Positions 1-9,197 of a DNA stretch of 64,000 nucleotides are shown piece by piece (the first letter of the stretch is position 1; every line of letters begins with the position of its first letter). Under the pieces are notes generated by a model. The model was not told where the DNA came from and did not search any database. It saw only the letters and a list, made by a program, of their open reading frames with translations. The DNA comes from Trypanosoma brucei. Its lineage: Eukaryota. The stretch is taken from positions 3,072,001 to 3,136,000 of the forward strand of contig CM000208.1 of NCBI GenBank assembly GCA_000002445.1. Reading direction: 5' to 3'. The translations under genes and the position numbers were made by a program.

Positions 1-245
1 GTAGCACTCTGCTGCGGGCAGAGGCGGAAGGATGCTTCACTTGCTTGCATGAAAGATGTGACCGTTTGCACGTCTTCTTCCACACATTTCAGTGGGTTTG
101 CACGCCAGTAGTAGCAGTCACGGCTGGCACTGACAGCGTCCTGGAGTGATGGTAGTGCCTGGTACAGGGGTGCAAATGCTCGGAGGACGGGGGCCGGAAT
201 GCCATCGCGGAAAATACCTTCCAGTGGTTTTGTGAATTGGTCCAT
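1..245 (-). CDS. N-terminal fragment of a hypothetical protein; the gene continues past the left edge of the window and is not in the ORF track
   Basis: Hand translation of the minus strand gives an ATG at 243-245. It is followed by at least 81 sense codons with no stop up to position 1 (MDQFTKPLEGIFRDGIPAPVLRAFAPLYQALPSLQDAVSASRDCYYWRANPLKCVEEDV...). The peptide looks non-repetitive. A polypurine run on the plus strand at about 480-540 is a polypyrimidine tract on the minus strand upstream of the start. The orientation matches the neighbouring genes. Confidence 0.3.
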   Translation of the reverse strand, partial: MDQFTKPLEGIFRDGIPAPVLRAFAPLYQALPSLQDAVSASRDCYYWRANPLKCVEEDVQTVTSFMQASEASFRLCPQQSA

Positions 246-1916
246 ACGCTTATAAGGGACTACTTCCTCTGTGCCACCAAATAACCTATTTCTCTTTCTC
301 GATTGTTCCTCGTCAAAAACAAGACCCCTTAGCTTGTTCCTATAAAACCTCGCGTTGCTACTTCCTTCGTTGTTCGCACGTTCACCTCCTTGGCAGCGGG
401 GTGGTGCACTGGTTCTGTCTAAAAGCCTTATGAGCAGACAACGAAGCAACTGCAAACCGCTAGACAAACCACTCGGTAACTTTGGTGCACAAGAACAACG
501 GGATGAAGAAAGCAGAGAGGAAAAAACAAAAACTTTTACACTACACGAATGCCTACGTACCCACACAAGTTAAGATCGCTGGTGTACGCCTCCATGTGCC
601 CTGCAAAGTTAGGGCACGTGGTTACTCGTCGGGTTCCTCTATCAAGTACACTTGTTACAGTCAGCAACCGATCATTATGACAGCAAGTGAATGGGTAATA
701 ATAAGTATAAAATACGGCAGGGGAAGAATAGGCTATATGCTCCTATGTTCCTTCGCCCCTTCTGTTCCCTTTCCTTCTCCCTTCCTTGTCTCCTTTTTCT
801 TCCCTCAACACCCCCAAGACTGTCGTCTATCCGGTCGTTACCGAAATTATCCACATAAAGCAATTGGCAATAACTTTTGCATCAATACTGTGCACAACAC
901 CATTTCACGAGAGCGTGTTTCGACAAGCGCACTTGCGCGCAGTCACGAAGGCAATAACACAATATTTATATAAAACATAAACGTAAGCAAAGATAGCGTC
1001 CAGGAAGCAACAATCGAAGAGAAGGATGAAGGAAGCAAAAAAAATTGAAACAAAAAAAGACCAAAATATGCACGAGAGAGGGCGCGACTAAACCCCATCC
1101 CCATTGAAGTGAAAAAAGTCGCAAACCTTTTGAACAATCCTTGAAGCAATAATGAAAATGTTATACATCGAAGGATACGATGAATAGGGATAAAAGTGGT
1201 CAAAATTAACTTCAATACCGTTCCCTTTGGCTGACACTAATCCCAGGGAATGGAACATCTGAGCCCTCTAAGAAGACACGAACAAACACTTAAAGAAAAG
1301 AGCAAAGGGAGAAAAACATCCCATATTCGGTGTGGAAAACTACTCAAACGAAAAGTTGCCGTTGTGCGGTCAAATTACCCCTCAAACTGCGCTGACCCCC
1401 TCACATATTTCTTTTAAAGTGCAGCCGTACGTACGCCACCCACTGTGTTTGCTCCCTATGCACTTCCATATTCCGCCCTCCTAAACAAACGAATACCATG
1501 AGGTGGAGGGAGGGAGGGGGGGCAGAACTGTAGTATGCACAGAGGTGCTCAACCGAATTGTCCGTCCAGCACACCCCAAAGCCTTTACACAAACCTCACT
1601 TGCCCTCTCCCAAACTCACGTTCCACTGTCGTTGCTGCTTTACCCTCAAGACGCTTCTTCCTCCCTTCTCCTACAGTCCAGCTGCATTACTTTGTTCGAC
1701 CGAATCCACCACATCACCTTCACCTCGTTTAACCACAATTTATAACAAAATGAAAATCGAAATTCTTCCTTCTTTACAACTATACCACTGAAGCTTTTCT
1801 TCCCTCCATATTTTTTTAACCTACCCTTACACATCCGCGGTACATCGGATGAGGCAACAACACGCAACAACCGTATAATTTTCCAATTATAAGCATCCTC
1901 TCGAAGCCTCCGAATA

Positions 1917-2891
1917 TCATACCTGGGAGCTGAGAGGCACTGTGGGCATATGCAGAAGTGTAGACACAGGTCCTCGGCAGACGGGGCACTTGGGTGTGTG
2001 CCGCACCAACTCCTCCGCACAGTTTTTGCAAAGACACATATGTCGACAGGGAATCACGGCGGTGTCTTTGGGCAATGTAAGGCAGATAACGCATAGTCCG
2101 TCATCATCATCACCTTGACCACTGGCTGACGAACCTACAACCACCTCAGGCTGTGCACCAACAACACAATTCTCCTCGCAGGCGCCGTAGAGATTTTCTA
2201 CAACGTACGCCGATCCACCGGAGGTCACGACTTGGCTTATGACACGCTGCTTCACGTTTTCCGCGAGGTCCACAGTGGTGTGCTCCGTGTGTTCTGTGAA
2301 AACAGATGACGGTTCTGCACTAGCACCGCTGCCTGAGACGTTGGACTTTTTTATTCGGTAACGCAGGACAACAACGCAGGGTAGTTGTTTGGGATATTGT
2401 GGATTGTAAACGCGTTCTATTTCGTCTAAGTTGGATGCATCGACGACCACACTGACGTCCTTAGTTGTTTGAGAGCCCTCCAGTGAAATGCGAGGGGGTT
2501 CCATCTTGGGTTTGTTTGGCATATAGTACACGTCACCGTTTTTCACACACATTCTTACACCGGTGTGAACTTCGTACGTTAATGAGGCGGTAGAGCTTAT
2601 AATAGAAAAGTTTAACGTACTCGTAGCGGGATCGTACCTCACAGAAAGGGGATCCACGGTCGCCAACATCTTCAAAATCTGACCCTCCTGAACACCGTAT
2701 TGAGAAGCACCACCACTAGGGGAATTGGGCATCTGAACTGATGGTGGTGCTGGTGCCGCCGGCGGTGCATTCAACGGCTGATTTGGATATTGGCCAGCCA
2801 AGTGCGGTGGCATGTGCAGAGGTGGCGGTGCACTACCAGACACACGATTTGGTGGCCGATTATTCCGATTGGCCGACGAGCTCCCCCCCAT
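1917..2891 (-). CDS. RING-type (C3HC4) E3 ubiquitin ligase, mahogunin/MGRN1-like architecture
   Basis: The C-terminus carries CVICLTLPKDTAVIPCRHMCLCKNCAEELVRHTPKCPVCR, a canonical C3HC4 RING. The N-terminus MGGSSSA fits an N-myristoylation consensus. The middle of the protein is proline-rich. The ATG start is at 2889-2891. Confidence 0.75.
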   Translation of the reverse strand: MGGSSSANRNNRPPNRVSGSAPPPLHMPPHLAGQYPNQPLNAPPAAPAPPSVQMPNSPSGGASQYGVQEGQILKMLATVDPLSVRYDPATSTLNFSIISSTASLTYEVHTGVRMCVKNGDVYYMPNKPKMEPPRISLEGSQTTKDVSVVVDASNLDEIERVYNPQYPKQLPCVVVLRYRIKKSNVSGSGASAEPSSVFTEHTEHTTVDLAENVKQRVISQVVTSGGSAYVVENLYGACEENCVVGAQPEVVVGSSASGQGDDDDGLCVICLTLPKDTAVIPCRHMCLCKNCAEELVRHTPKCPVCRGPVSTLLHMPTVPLSSQV

Positions 2892-3441
2892 CTTATTGGC
2901 CTTCCTTCGAAACCTTCCCTAAATACGAACTTCTCAGTAAGTTGCTCGCCTTCCTTAACGAGCTAACTTATAGGTGTGGTTGCTGATGTAGTTATTTTTC
3001 CCTGTTATTAGTCGCTTCTTCCCGCTCACTGGATGCACCCAAAATTTAGGCTTTGTAGCACCCTCCCTACTGTCTCTGCTTACCTCCCACCTCTGTTACA
3101 ACGCCTGCACTACCGCTTCTTTTGCCCTCTTACTATTCCTTAATGTATGTGTATATATGTGCGCAGACCTTTCGGTAAGGCACTCTCTGATTATTATCAC
3201 CCTCTTGACGGCAGCCGCACCCTCGCGTATATTTGGTGTGCTCACACTTGTTTTATCCCCAACACGATTTCCGCAGGACACAACTAAGAAGGTAAGCATC
3301 GAAAGAAAAGAGAAGACATAGTAACCCAGCATAAGCAAACAGTAACACAAGGGGGAACATAGCAGAAAAATAATTGCATGTCTGCTCGCTCGTTCACCAA
3401 AGCAAACGCAGGAGCTCAACAACTCAAAGCTGAAGGGGGAA

Positions 3442-6321
3442 TCACAGGTAGCCATAGTGCCGTACTGCCCCCGACCCCCGTTTCACCACAGTAACTTTGT
3501 TTTGACTTGCGGATCGACTTGAAGGCGCTGCCGATGCACCAGGACAGTGACTTTCTTCTTTGCCGGGTTTCCCCTGAAGCCTTTTCTGATTTCCAGGTGA
3601 GGCAGAAACTGCCTGGTGACGCGAAGTACGTGAACACCCGGAGCGCTTGTGTAGCATGTGTGCCTTTATCGCTGTTAACTCCTCCTCAAGTGCGGCAAAA
3701 CGCTCACTATCGAGCGATAATGCCCTCGGCGCGCCGGCGACGTTCGGCATATCACCCGCTGTCAACAGCCTACCTGGGTTAGGGGGCTCCACGGCGACGG
3801 TTTCCACAGCCTCTGCGCGCGGGTCCGGTGGCTGGCCCGCAACTGCTTGTCGCCGCCGACATTGCTGGGAACATTCCAGAGCGGTGCGGTACGCTTCGCG
3901 GAGCTGGGCCTTCAGCAATGAGTTCAGATCAACAAGAGACTGCTTTTCACTAGTCAGTGCGTCTACATCCCGACGCGTCAGTTCCAGTTCCTTTGCAAGA
4001 TTGTCACGCTCACGAAGCAAACCTCTGGCATCCTGCTCCAGTTGCAGGCACCGGTGCCGCAGAGACTCAACCTTCCGTGCCAGCGTTCCGTCCTTGTGCG
4101 CGAGGCGTTTTCCCATCACCACCCTCTGTCCTCCGAATCCTGCACCTCTCCCTCTATTGCTGCTACTGCTACGATCACTACTATCGTCCTCATGTGCAGC
4201 TGGTTTATCTGATGGTAATCTATTTTTCTTATTCCCACATAGCGGCTGTTGTTGTTTTCGGCGGTCGCTGTCCCCTCTGGATAAGCAGCCGCATGCAACC
4301 TCACTAGTTTGATGTCGGCGCACGCCTACGTTTTGTTGCTCCAAGAAAACAGCCCCTGTTGAGCGCAAACGCAACACCTCTATTCGATGACGGGACACCT
4401 CTTCCTCTCTCTCGCGTAAGGTACTACGCAATTGATCGTTGTCCTCCCGTGCTCGCAGCAAATCCTCCTGCAGCTCCCGAACGCGGTGCTGCATCTCCTT
4501 TGCAGTCTTCACTGCGGGGTCATTTTGCAATTCTATGGCGAAAGATGAAACCTGCTCACGTATTGCTGCGTTGGCCCTCTCGAGATCGAGAACCTTCCGC
4601 TCAAGTGTTTCTTTATCGCATCGTAGCGCCTCAATAAGCGCCCGGTGACCATTGGCGTCCTCCACTAAGCGATACTGCTCTTCAACAGCGTGCCGTGCCG
4701 CCTCACTGGCATGCAACTCCCGCGTGAGCCGCGCCACCTCCGCTTGTGCACGCTCTTGAGAATCTAACATGCGGCGCTGCTGCATCTGCAGCTCTGCGTG
4801 TGCAAGCTCCACATCACGGCTAGCAGCAATCGTTTTCTCATCTGCAAGTTGCTGGACCTCAAGAGCACGGGCAGCAGTGATTTTCTCTTCTTCACGACTC
4901 TGCTGCAGCTCCCGCCGAAGACGCTCCACTTCGCTGTGTTGTTGCAAGTGTTCTCTCTGAAGGCCGTCACACCGATCCTGGTACTCCCTCACGCGGCACA
5001 TGGCTTCCTTTTTCGCCTCGAGGGCAATCCCCAAATCACATTCTAGCTGTTGCAATCGCAAGGCGAATTGACGTTGCGTCTCGTCCATGTTGCGGCGCTG
5101 TTCCTCTATTTGTGCTGCAGCCTGGTCATACTGCTCCTGGGCCCTCCGGTTCTCGTTAATGAAGTGTCGGGTATCTTCATCACGCTGAAATTGTGTTGTC
5201 TGCAAACGGTCTTGTAACTCAGTTAGCTCCCTTTGAAGCCGACCACATTCCGCTTCTAGTGTGGAAACTCGCTGCACATGCTGACGAACAGTGTCTTCAG
5301 CCGTGGTGATGCCGTGATTCATAGTTGCTCTGCATTCAGCCAGTTTTTGCTCGTATTTTTGTTTCTGATCGGCAGCACTTGCAGTGATCGATTGAAATCG
5401 GTGTTGCAGGAGTTCGTGCTCTTGTTTCAATAGGGAGAGTGCCCTGGACGTCTCACCCAAACGACCTTCATTTTCTACCTTCTCACGCTGTAAGGCATCC
5501 ATCGCATCAACGGACGCGCGGAGCTCCGCTTCTAGCCTATTAACCTGCTGCCTCCACCCTTCCTCCACCTCTGTTGCCAACATTTGCCCCTTTGTCGCCA
5601 ACTCTGCTCGAGCGTCATCAAGTGCCTTGAAGCGTCTTAGGTACTCATCATGTAGTCGCTGCTTCTCCTTCTCCATTAAAATACCCTTGTTATGAATATC
5701 CTCTTTCAACTGTTTTTCCCTCAGTTCATAAGCCCCCTGCATCTGCTGCAACGCTCGCTCCTTTTCCTCCTCCACCTCACGAAGCCTCTGCCCCAGTCGC
5801 TGTGCCTGCTGCTCTGACTCTTCCAAACGCTTTGTTGTAAGGGCGTCGTCTGACCTGTGACGCTTCAGTTCACTGTAAAGTGACTGTACCTGTGTTGCCG
5901 CCTCTGCGAGCGCCGCATCTCGGTCCTTTATGAGGTTGTAGTTGAATTTGTAGTCTTCCTCTGTCTTCAGCAACTGCATACGAACGGCTTCCAGCTCCTC
6001 CTCACGCTGCCTCAATGCATGTTCCAGTGTTGAGATTCGTTGCTCTACGGCGCTGCGGAGCTCATACTGTTTTCGCTCGATCTCTTCGTACTCTGCAGCT
6101 GCATACGAAGAGATTGGTGATGCATCTTCTCCTGATACGCCGACTGACGCAGAAGTAGCCGTTGTGCCATGCGTTGTCGACTGCATCACCATAGGGCTAT
6201 AAATTACGGCACCGCTACTGAAAGACTGGAGACGCTTCGCTGGCGACGACGAAGATGGTGTACGTATCGGCTCATGCTGGACGGGCTGGGCAACATTATG
6301 CATGCCCATGGCCTCCCCCAT
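3442..6321 (-). CDS. Large coiled-coil protein, 959 aa, function unknown
   Basis: The uninterrupted 959-codon ORF is dominated by E/Q/R/L/A heptad-like sequence (…LREVEEEKERALQQMQGAYELREKQLKED…). Codon usage matches the neighbours. The N- and C-terminal tails are Ser/Gly-rich. Confidence 0.7.
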   Translation of the reverse strand: MGEAMGMHNVAQPVQHEPIRTPSSSSPAKRLQSFSSGAVIYSPMVMQSTTHGTTATSASVGVSGEDASPISSYAAAEYEEIERKQYELRSAVEQRISTLEHALRQREEELEAVRMQLLKTEEDYKFNYNLIKDRDAALAEAATQVQSLYSELKRHRSDDALTTKRLEESEQQAQRLGQRLREVEEEKERALQQMQGAYELREKQLKEDIHNKGILMEKEKQRLHDEYLRRFKALDDARAELATKGQMLATEVEEGWRQQVNRLEAELRASVDAMDALQREKVENEGRLGETSRALSLLKQEHELLQHRFQSITASAADQKQKYEQKLAECRATMNHGITTAEDTVRQHVQRVSTLEAECGRLQRELTELQDRLQTTQFQRDEDTRHFINENRRAQEQYDQAAAQIEEQRRNMDETQRQFALRLQQLECDLGIALEAKKEAMCRVREYQDRCDGLQREHLQQHSEVERLRRELQQSREEEKITAARALEVQQLADEKTIAASRDVELAHAELQMQQRRMLDSQERAQAEVARLTRELHASEAARHAVEEQYRLVEDANGHRALIEALRCDKETLERKVLDLERANAAIREQVSSFAIELQNDPAVKTAKEMQHRVRELQEDLLRAREDNDQLRSTLREREEEVSRHRIEVLRLRSTGAVFLEQQNVGVRRHQTSEVACGCLSRGDSDRRKQQQPLCGNKKNRLPSDKPAAHEDDSSDRSSSSNRGRGAGFGGQRVVMGKRLAHKDGTLARKVESLRHRCLQLEQDARGLLRERDNLAKELELTRRDVDALTSEKQSLVDLNSLLKAQLREAYRTALECSQQCRRRQAVAGQPPDPRAEAVETVAVEPPNPGRLLTAGDMPNVAGAPRALSLDSERFAALEEELTAIKAHMLHKRSGCSRTSRHQAVSASPGNQKRLQGKPGKEESHCPGASAAPSSRSASQNKVTVVKRGSGAVRHYGYL

Positions 6322-6742
6322 CTTTCGACGCGAACCGAAACTTCGCGTTACCCCGCACGCACCTCAGCCCCACAGTTGGTGCCAATGTCTCTAAGGCAGT
6401 GTGAGTAAGCGAGAAAGAAACAGATATAAAGGGTTAGTGACGGTGGAAGCGGAATGAAAGCAACGGTTTAAAACAACTCATTTATTCACGGACAGGGGGG
6501 GGGAACGAAATGATATTGTGTTCTTCCTGCAAAACTTTGCCCTTATACACTTAGAAAACAGCAAAATGGTTAGTGAATATATAGAGGCAGGAAAATAAAC
6601 TGAACTAAGCTATCACGCAACGGTTAGTACCTCAAACATATTCTAAAACAAAAATTGGGGAAGAGAGAGGGGGTAATGCCTTGGAGAAAGCAACAAAAGT
6701 TTCTGAGCGAACAAAACGGAGCAAGCTGATACTCTAACCCTC

Positions 6743-7435
6743 TCAGCAGGCACACCCGCCTTCCTTTTTCTGTTGACGCGTCGGGGGCTCCAGACGTTGC
6801 GCACCACGAGGTCCAGACAAAGAGCCGGGACCTGAATTTGCACCCAAACCGTGCTCAAGAAGAAGCCGCGCAAGTTTTGCAAAAACCTCTTCCACGTTCA
6901 CGTTTTCTTTGGCAGAGACCTCAAAGAAACCGTTGACATCCTCCTCTTGAGCCACTGCTGCACCGTCCTCGTACGACACCTGTCGCAAAGACTCCATGTC
7001 CTTCTTATTTCCCACCAAGATGATGAGAAGAGTTGGGTCTGCATTGGCTCGCAACTCTCGCATCCACATTTGCGCTTTTTTAAGACTCTCTGCGCTCGTT
7101 ATATCGTACACCACAAGTGCGCCGCACGCTCCACGGTAGTAGATGGGGGCGAGAGAGCGGTAGCGCTCCTGCCCTGCTGTATCCCATATTTCGAATTTGA
7201 TTGTCCCACTAGCGGCATTTGCTACTGCGCCCCCGCCACCGGATTGTGAAGTTGCCGATACCGTAACGCTTCGCGAGAGGAAGGCGGCGCCAATAGTGGT
7301 TTCTTGGTTCGAGGAGAACTCGTTGCGCGCAAACCGTAGAGCAATGGAACTCTTTCCTACTGCACTCTCCCCGAGCAAAACAGTTTTGGCGGTTATTGCA
7401 TCCTGTCGTTTGTATGGTGTCGCTGACACCGACAT
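6743..7435 (-). CDS. RAB5A: Rab5-family small GTPase (endosomal Rab), 230 aa
   Basis: G1 motif GESAVGKSS, switch I TIGAAF, WDTAGQERY, NKKD and SAK motifs are all present. The C-terminus ends in a CAC geranylgeranylation motif. The track ORF starts at a GTG at 7528; the first ATG, at 7433-7435, gives MSVSATPYKRQ…. An insert of about 17 aa (SATSQSGGGGAVANAASG) sits between switch I and the WDTAGQ motif. The symbol rests on Rab5-like motifs plus the recalled T. brucei chromosome 10 gene order. Confidence 0.8.
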   Translation of the reverse strand: MSVSATPYKRQDAITAKTVLLGESAVGKSSIALRFARNEFSSNQETTIGAAFLSRSVTVSATSQSGGGGAVANAASGTIKFEIWDTAGQERYRSLAPIYYRGACGALVVYDITSAESLKKAQMWMRELRANADPTLLIILVGNKKDMESLRQVSYEDGAAVAQEEDVNGFFEVSAKENVNVEEVFAKLARLLLEHGLGANSGPGSLSGPRGAQRLEPPTRQQKKEGGCAC

Positions 7436-8073
7436 ATTTACAAGTGGTAACTTATCACCGTTTTTTTTCTCACTCCTTTTTTTTTCTTTTCCACGCCCTT
7501 CGCTTATTTTTTGATTTTTGAGACTCACTTCCCTTACCTACCTCCTAAGGTCTTTGCGACAAACTACTCTCCTAGCTTTTGTTGCTCTCTTCTACGTCGT
7601 TTTGGCTTGCTTACACGCTTATGGAGCAGTGAGGGTATTGCCAGCCCCAAAGCACAATGTAAAGAATACACAAAGGGGAGAAGTATGCAAAGGGAATCAA
7701 CAACACGAGAAAAAAAACAGGAGTAGTCAGATCACCCACAGGGACTAAAAAAATCATCACCTCCACCCACCCGTCCGCCAACGGCACTATCTCAAGTACC
7801 TTACATACTTAATGTGTACCCGTGGCGCGCGACGGCCCACTGTTACGGTGCCACAACTTCAGGTTTTCCCAAGCCATTTCCAGTTCGTAGCTAATTTGCA
7901 GTCCACAGACTAGGCTTGAAAGGGGTCCACAACTTCCTTAATTATAACACGACCACTGCCACAACGAGTATCCAAAACTACACCGAACCGTCCGCTCACA
8001 GGTCCACATGGTATCGCTCTCAACGATTATTACGAACAGATAAATCCGCCAAAGACGCGGCAGCCTCGACTAA

Positions 8074-8985
8074 TCACATACACCAACAGCCACTCTTCTT
8101 ACGCCCCCTCTCCTCAGATTTCTTCTTTAAAAGTTTCAACAGTTCTTTCTGCACGGTACCCGGCACAGAGTCCTCTGTTCCTATATATGCGATCGTTCCC
8201 CCGGAGATACCTGCTACCTCCAATGTGTCAGAAAACGATGGTGAACTGACACACAACTCGTTTGGTCCGTTTCCTCGCTTCACCACATGCAGGCGCCATG
8301 GCCTCTTTGATGAGCTTACGCTACGGCTTTCCAATTCCGCCTGACTTACAGTAGAATCCACCATACGGCCGACAACAGTGGTGGGTGTGAAGTGTATAAA
8401 AAATGGAGACACCCCGAACCCCTCAGCAAATACAACTAGAGGTGTCACACAACCCTCAGTTGGTCTTCCAAAGGCCGTGCGTTCGGTGTTACGTGGGCCG
8501 TACTTTGCATTTGAGGCCACAGTTGGATAGCTTGGGGTCGGCCTTGACTCAGGAACGGGTTGCCGCACATGCATTCGCTTGCAGCGGTGGCTCTGTGGAG
8601 CACGGTGCTCAACGCAGTACGTATTTCCACAATCATCACAGATTATAGTGACATGCTCATTTTTTTGGCACTCCCGATAGCTGCAGCGGTTCGACTGTCC
8701 TTCTTTTGTCCCTGGAGATTGAGAAGGCTGGCAACCACTTGTAGTGTGACGCGCCATCGCTTCCGCTGCTGATTGCCCGCAATATTCGAGTTGAACCACC
8801 ATACCACAGCGCTCGCAACGAAGTGGTTGAACGCCAAATGCACAACAGTTGTGACTACCCACTGATGTGTGCTCGGGGCAGAACATCTCACCACAAAAAC
8901 CACATCGAGCGGCAAGGAAGCTGATGTGCCCACAGCCGCTAAAGGTGCACCGTTTGCTCTCGTCGTCACAAACGCCAACTTGCAT
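8074..8985 (-). CDS. AN1-type zinc-finger protein (ZFAND1/Cuz1-like), 303 aa, ending in a CaaX motif
   Basis: Two AN1-type fingers are present with spacing C-x4-C-x9-C-x2-C-x4-C-x2-H-x5-H-x-C: CTFSGCGHISFLAARCGFCGEMFCPEHTSVGSHNC and CSYRECQKNEHVTIICDDCGNTYCVEHRAPQSHRC. A further Cys/His cluster lies between them. The protein ends …KKKSEERGRKKSGCWCM, a polybasic stretch followed by a CaaX box. The ATG is at 8983-8985. Confidence 0.7.
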   Translation of the reverse strand: MQVGVCDDESKRCTFSGCGHISFLAARCGFCGEMFCPEHTSVGSHNCCAFGVQPLRCERCGMVVQLEYCGQSAAEAMARHTTSGCQPSQSPGTKEGQSNRCSYRECQKNEHVTIICDDCGNTYCVEHRAPQSHRCKRMHVRQPVPESRPTPSYPTVASNAKYGPRNTERTAFGRPTEGCVTPLVVFAEGFGVSPFFIHFTPTTVVGRMVDSTVSQAELESRSVSSSKRPWRLHVVKRGNGPNELCVSSPSFSDTLEVAGISGGTIAYIGTEDSVPGTVQKELLKLLKKKSEERGRKKSGCWCM

Positions 8986-9197
8986 CGCCGCTCCCCCAAC
9001 CCACCTTCACTACCACTTTAAAGTGATCGGACAGAAGAAACTAGGGAAAGAAATCAAGTGCGCACGGTGCACTTCCATATGAACCGTGATAGGGGTAACC
9101 CTGTCAACTGCATAACAACATGGTAAGAACAAACGCACATTTTAAGCACTTAGGCTTTTATTAATTAACAAGCATCAATTTTCTTCATCCTCCTTTT

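Noticed and set aside
482-973. 163-aa plus-strand ORF near the left edge
   Set aside because: It is on the wrong strand for the cluster. Its translation is low-complexity and the region is the likely 5'UTR/intergenic region of the minus-strand gene at 1-245.
3647-4312. Antisense ORFs of 200 aa or more overlapping real genes, for example 3647..4312(+), 39538..40023(+), 18757..19234(+) and 43579..44028(+)
   Set aside because: They lie opposite well-supported conserved genes in a single-orientation cluster. They are Ser/Arg/Cys-rich, as expected from reverse reading of GC-rich codons.
7436-7528. N-terminal extensions of the Rab5-like, NSUN (11619-11681) and PDE (15119-15124) ORFs in the track
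   Set aside because: The track opens these ORFs at GTG/TTG codons. The first in-frame ATGs give proteins of canonical length with canonical N-termini.
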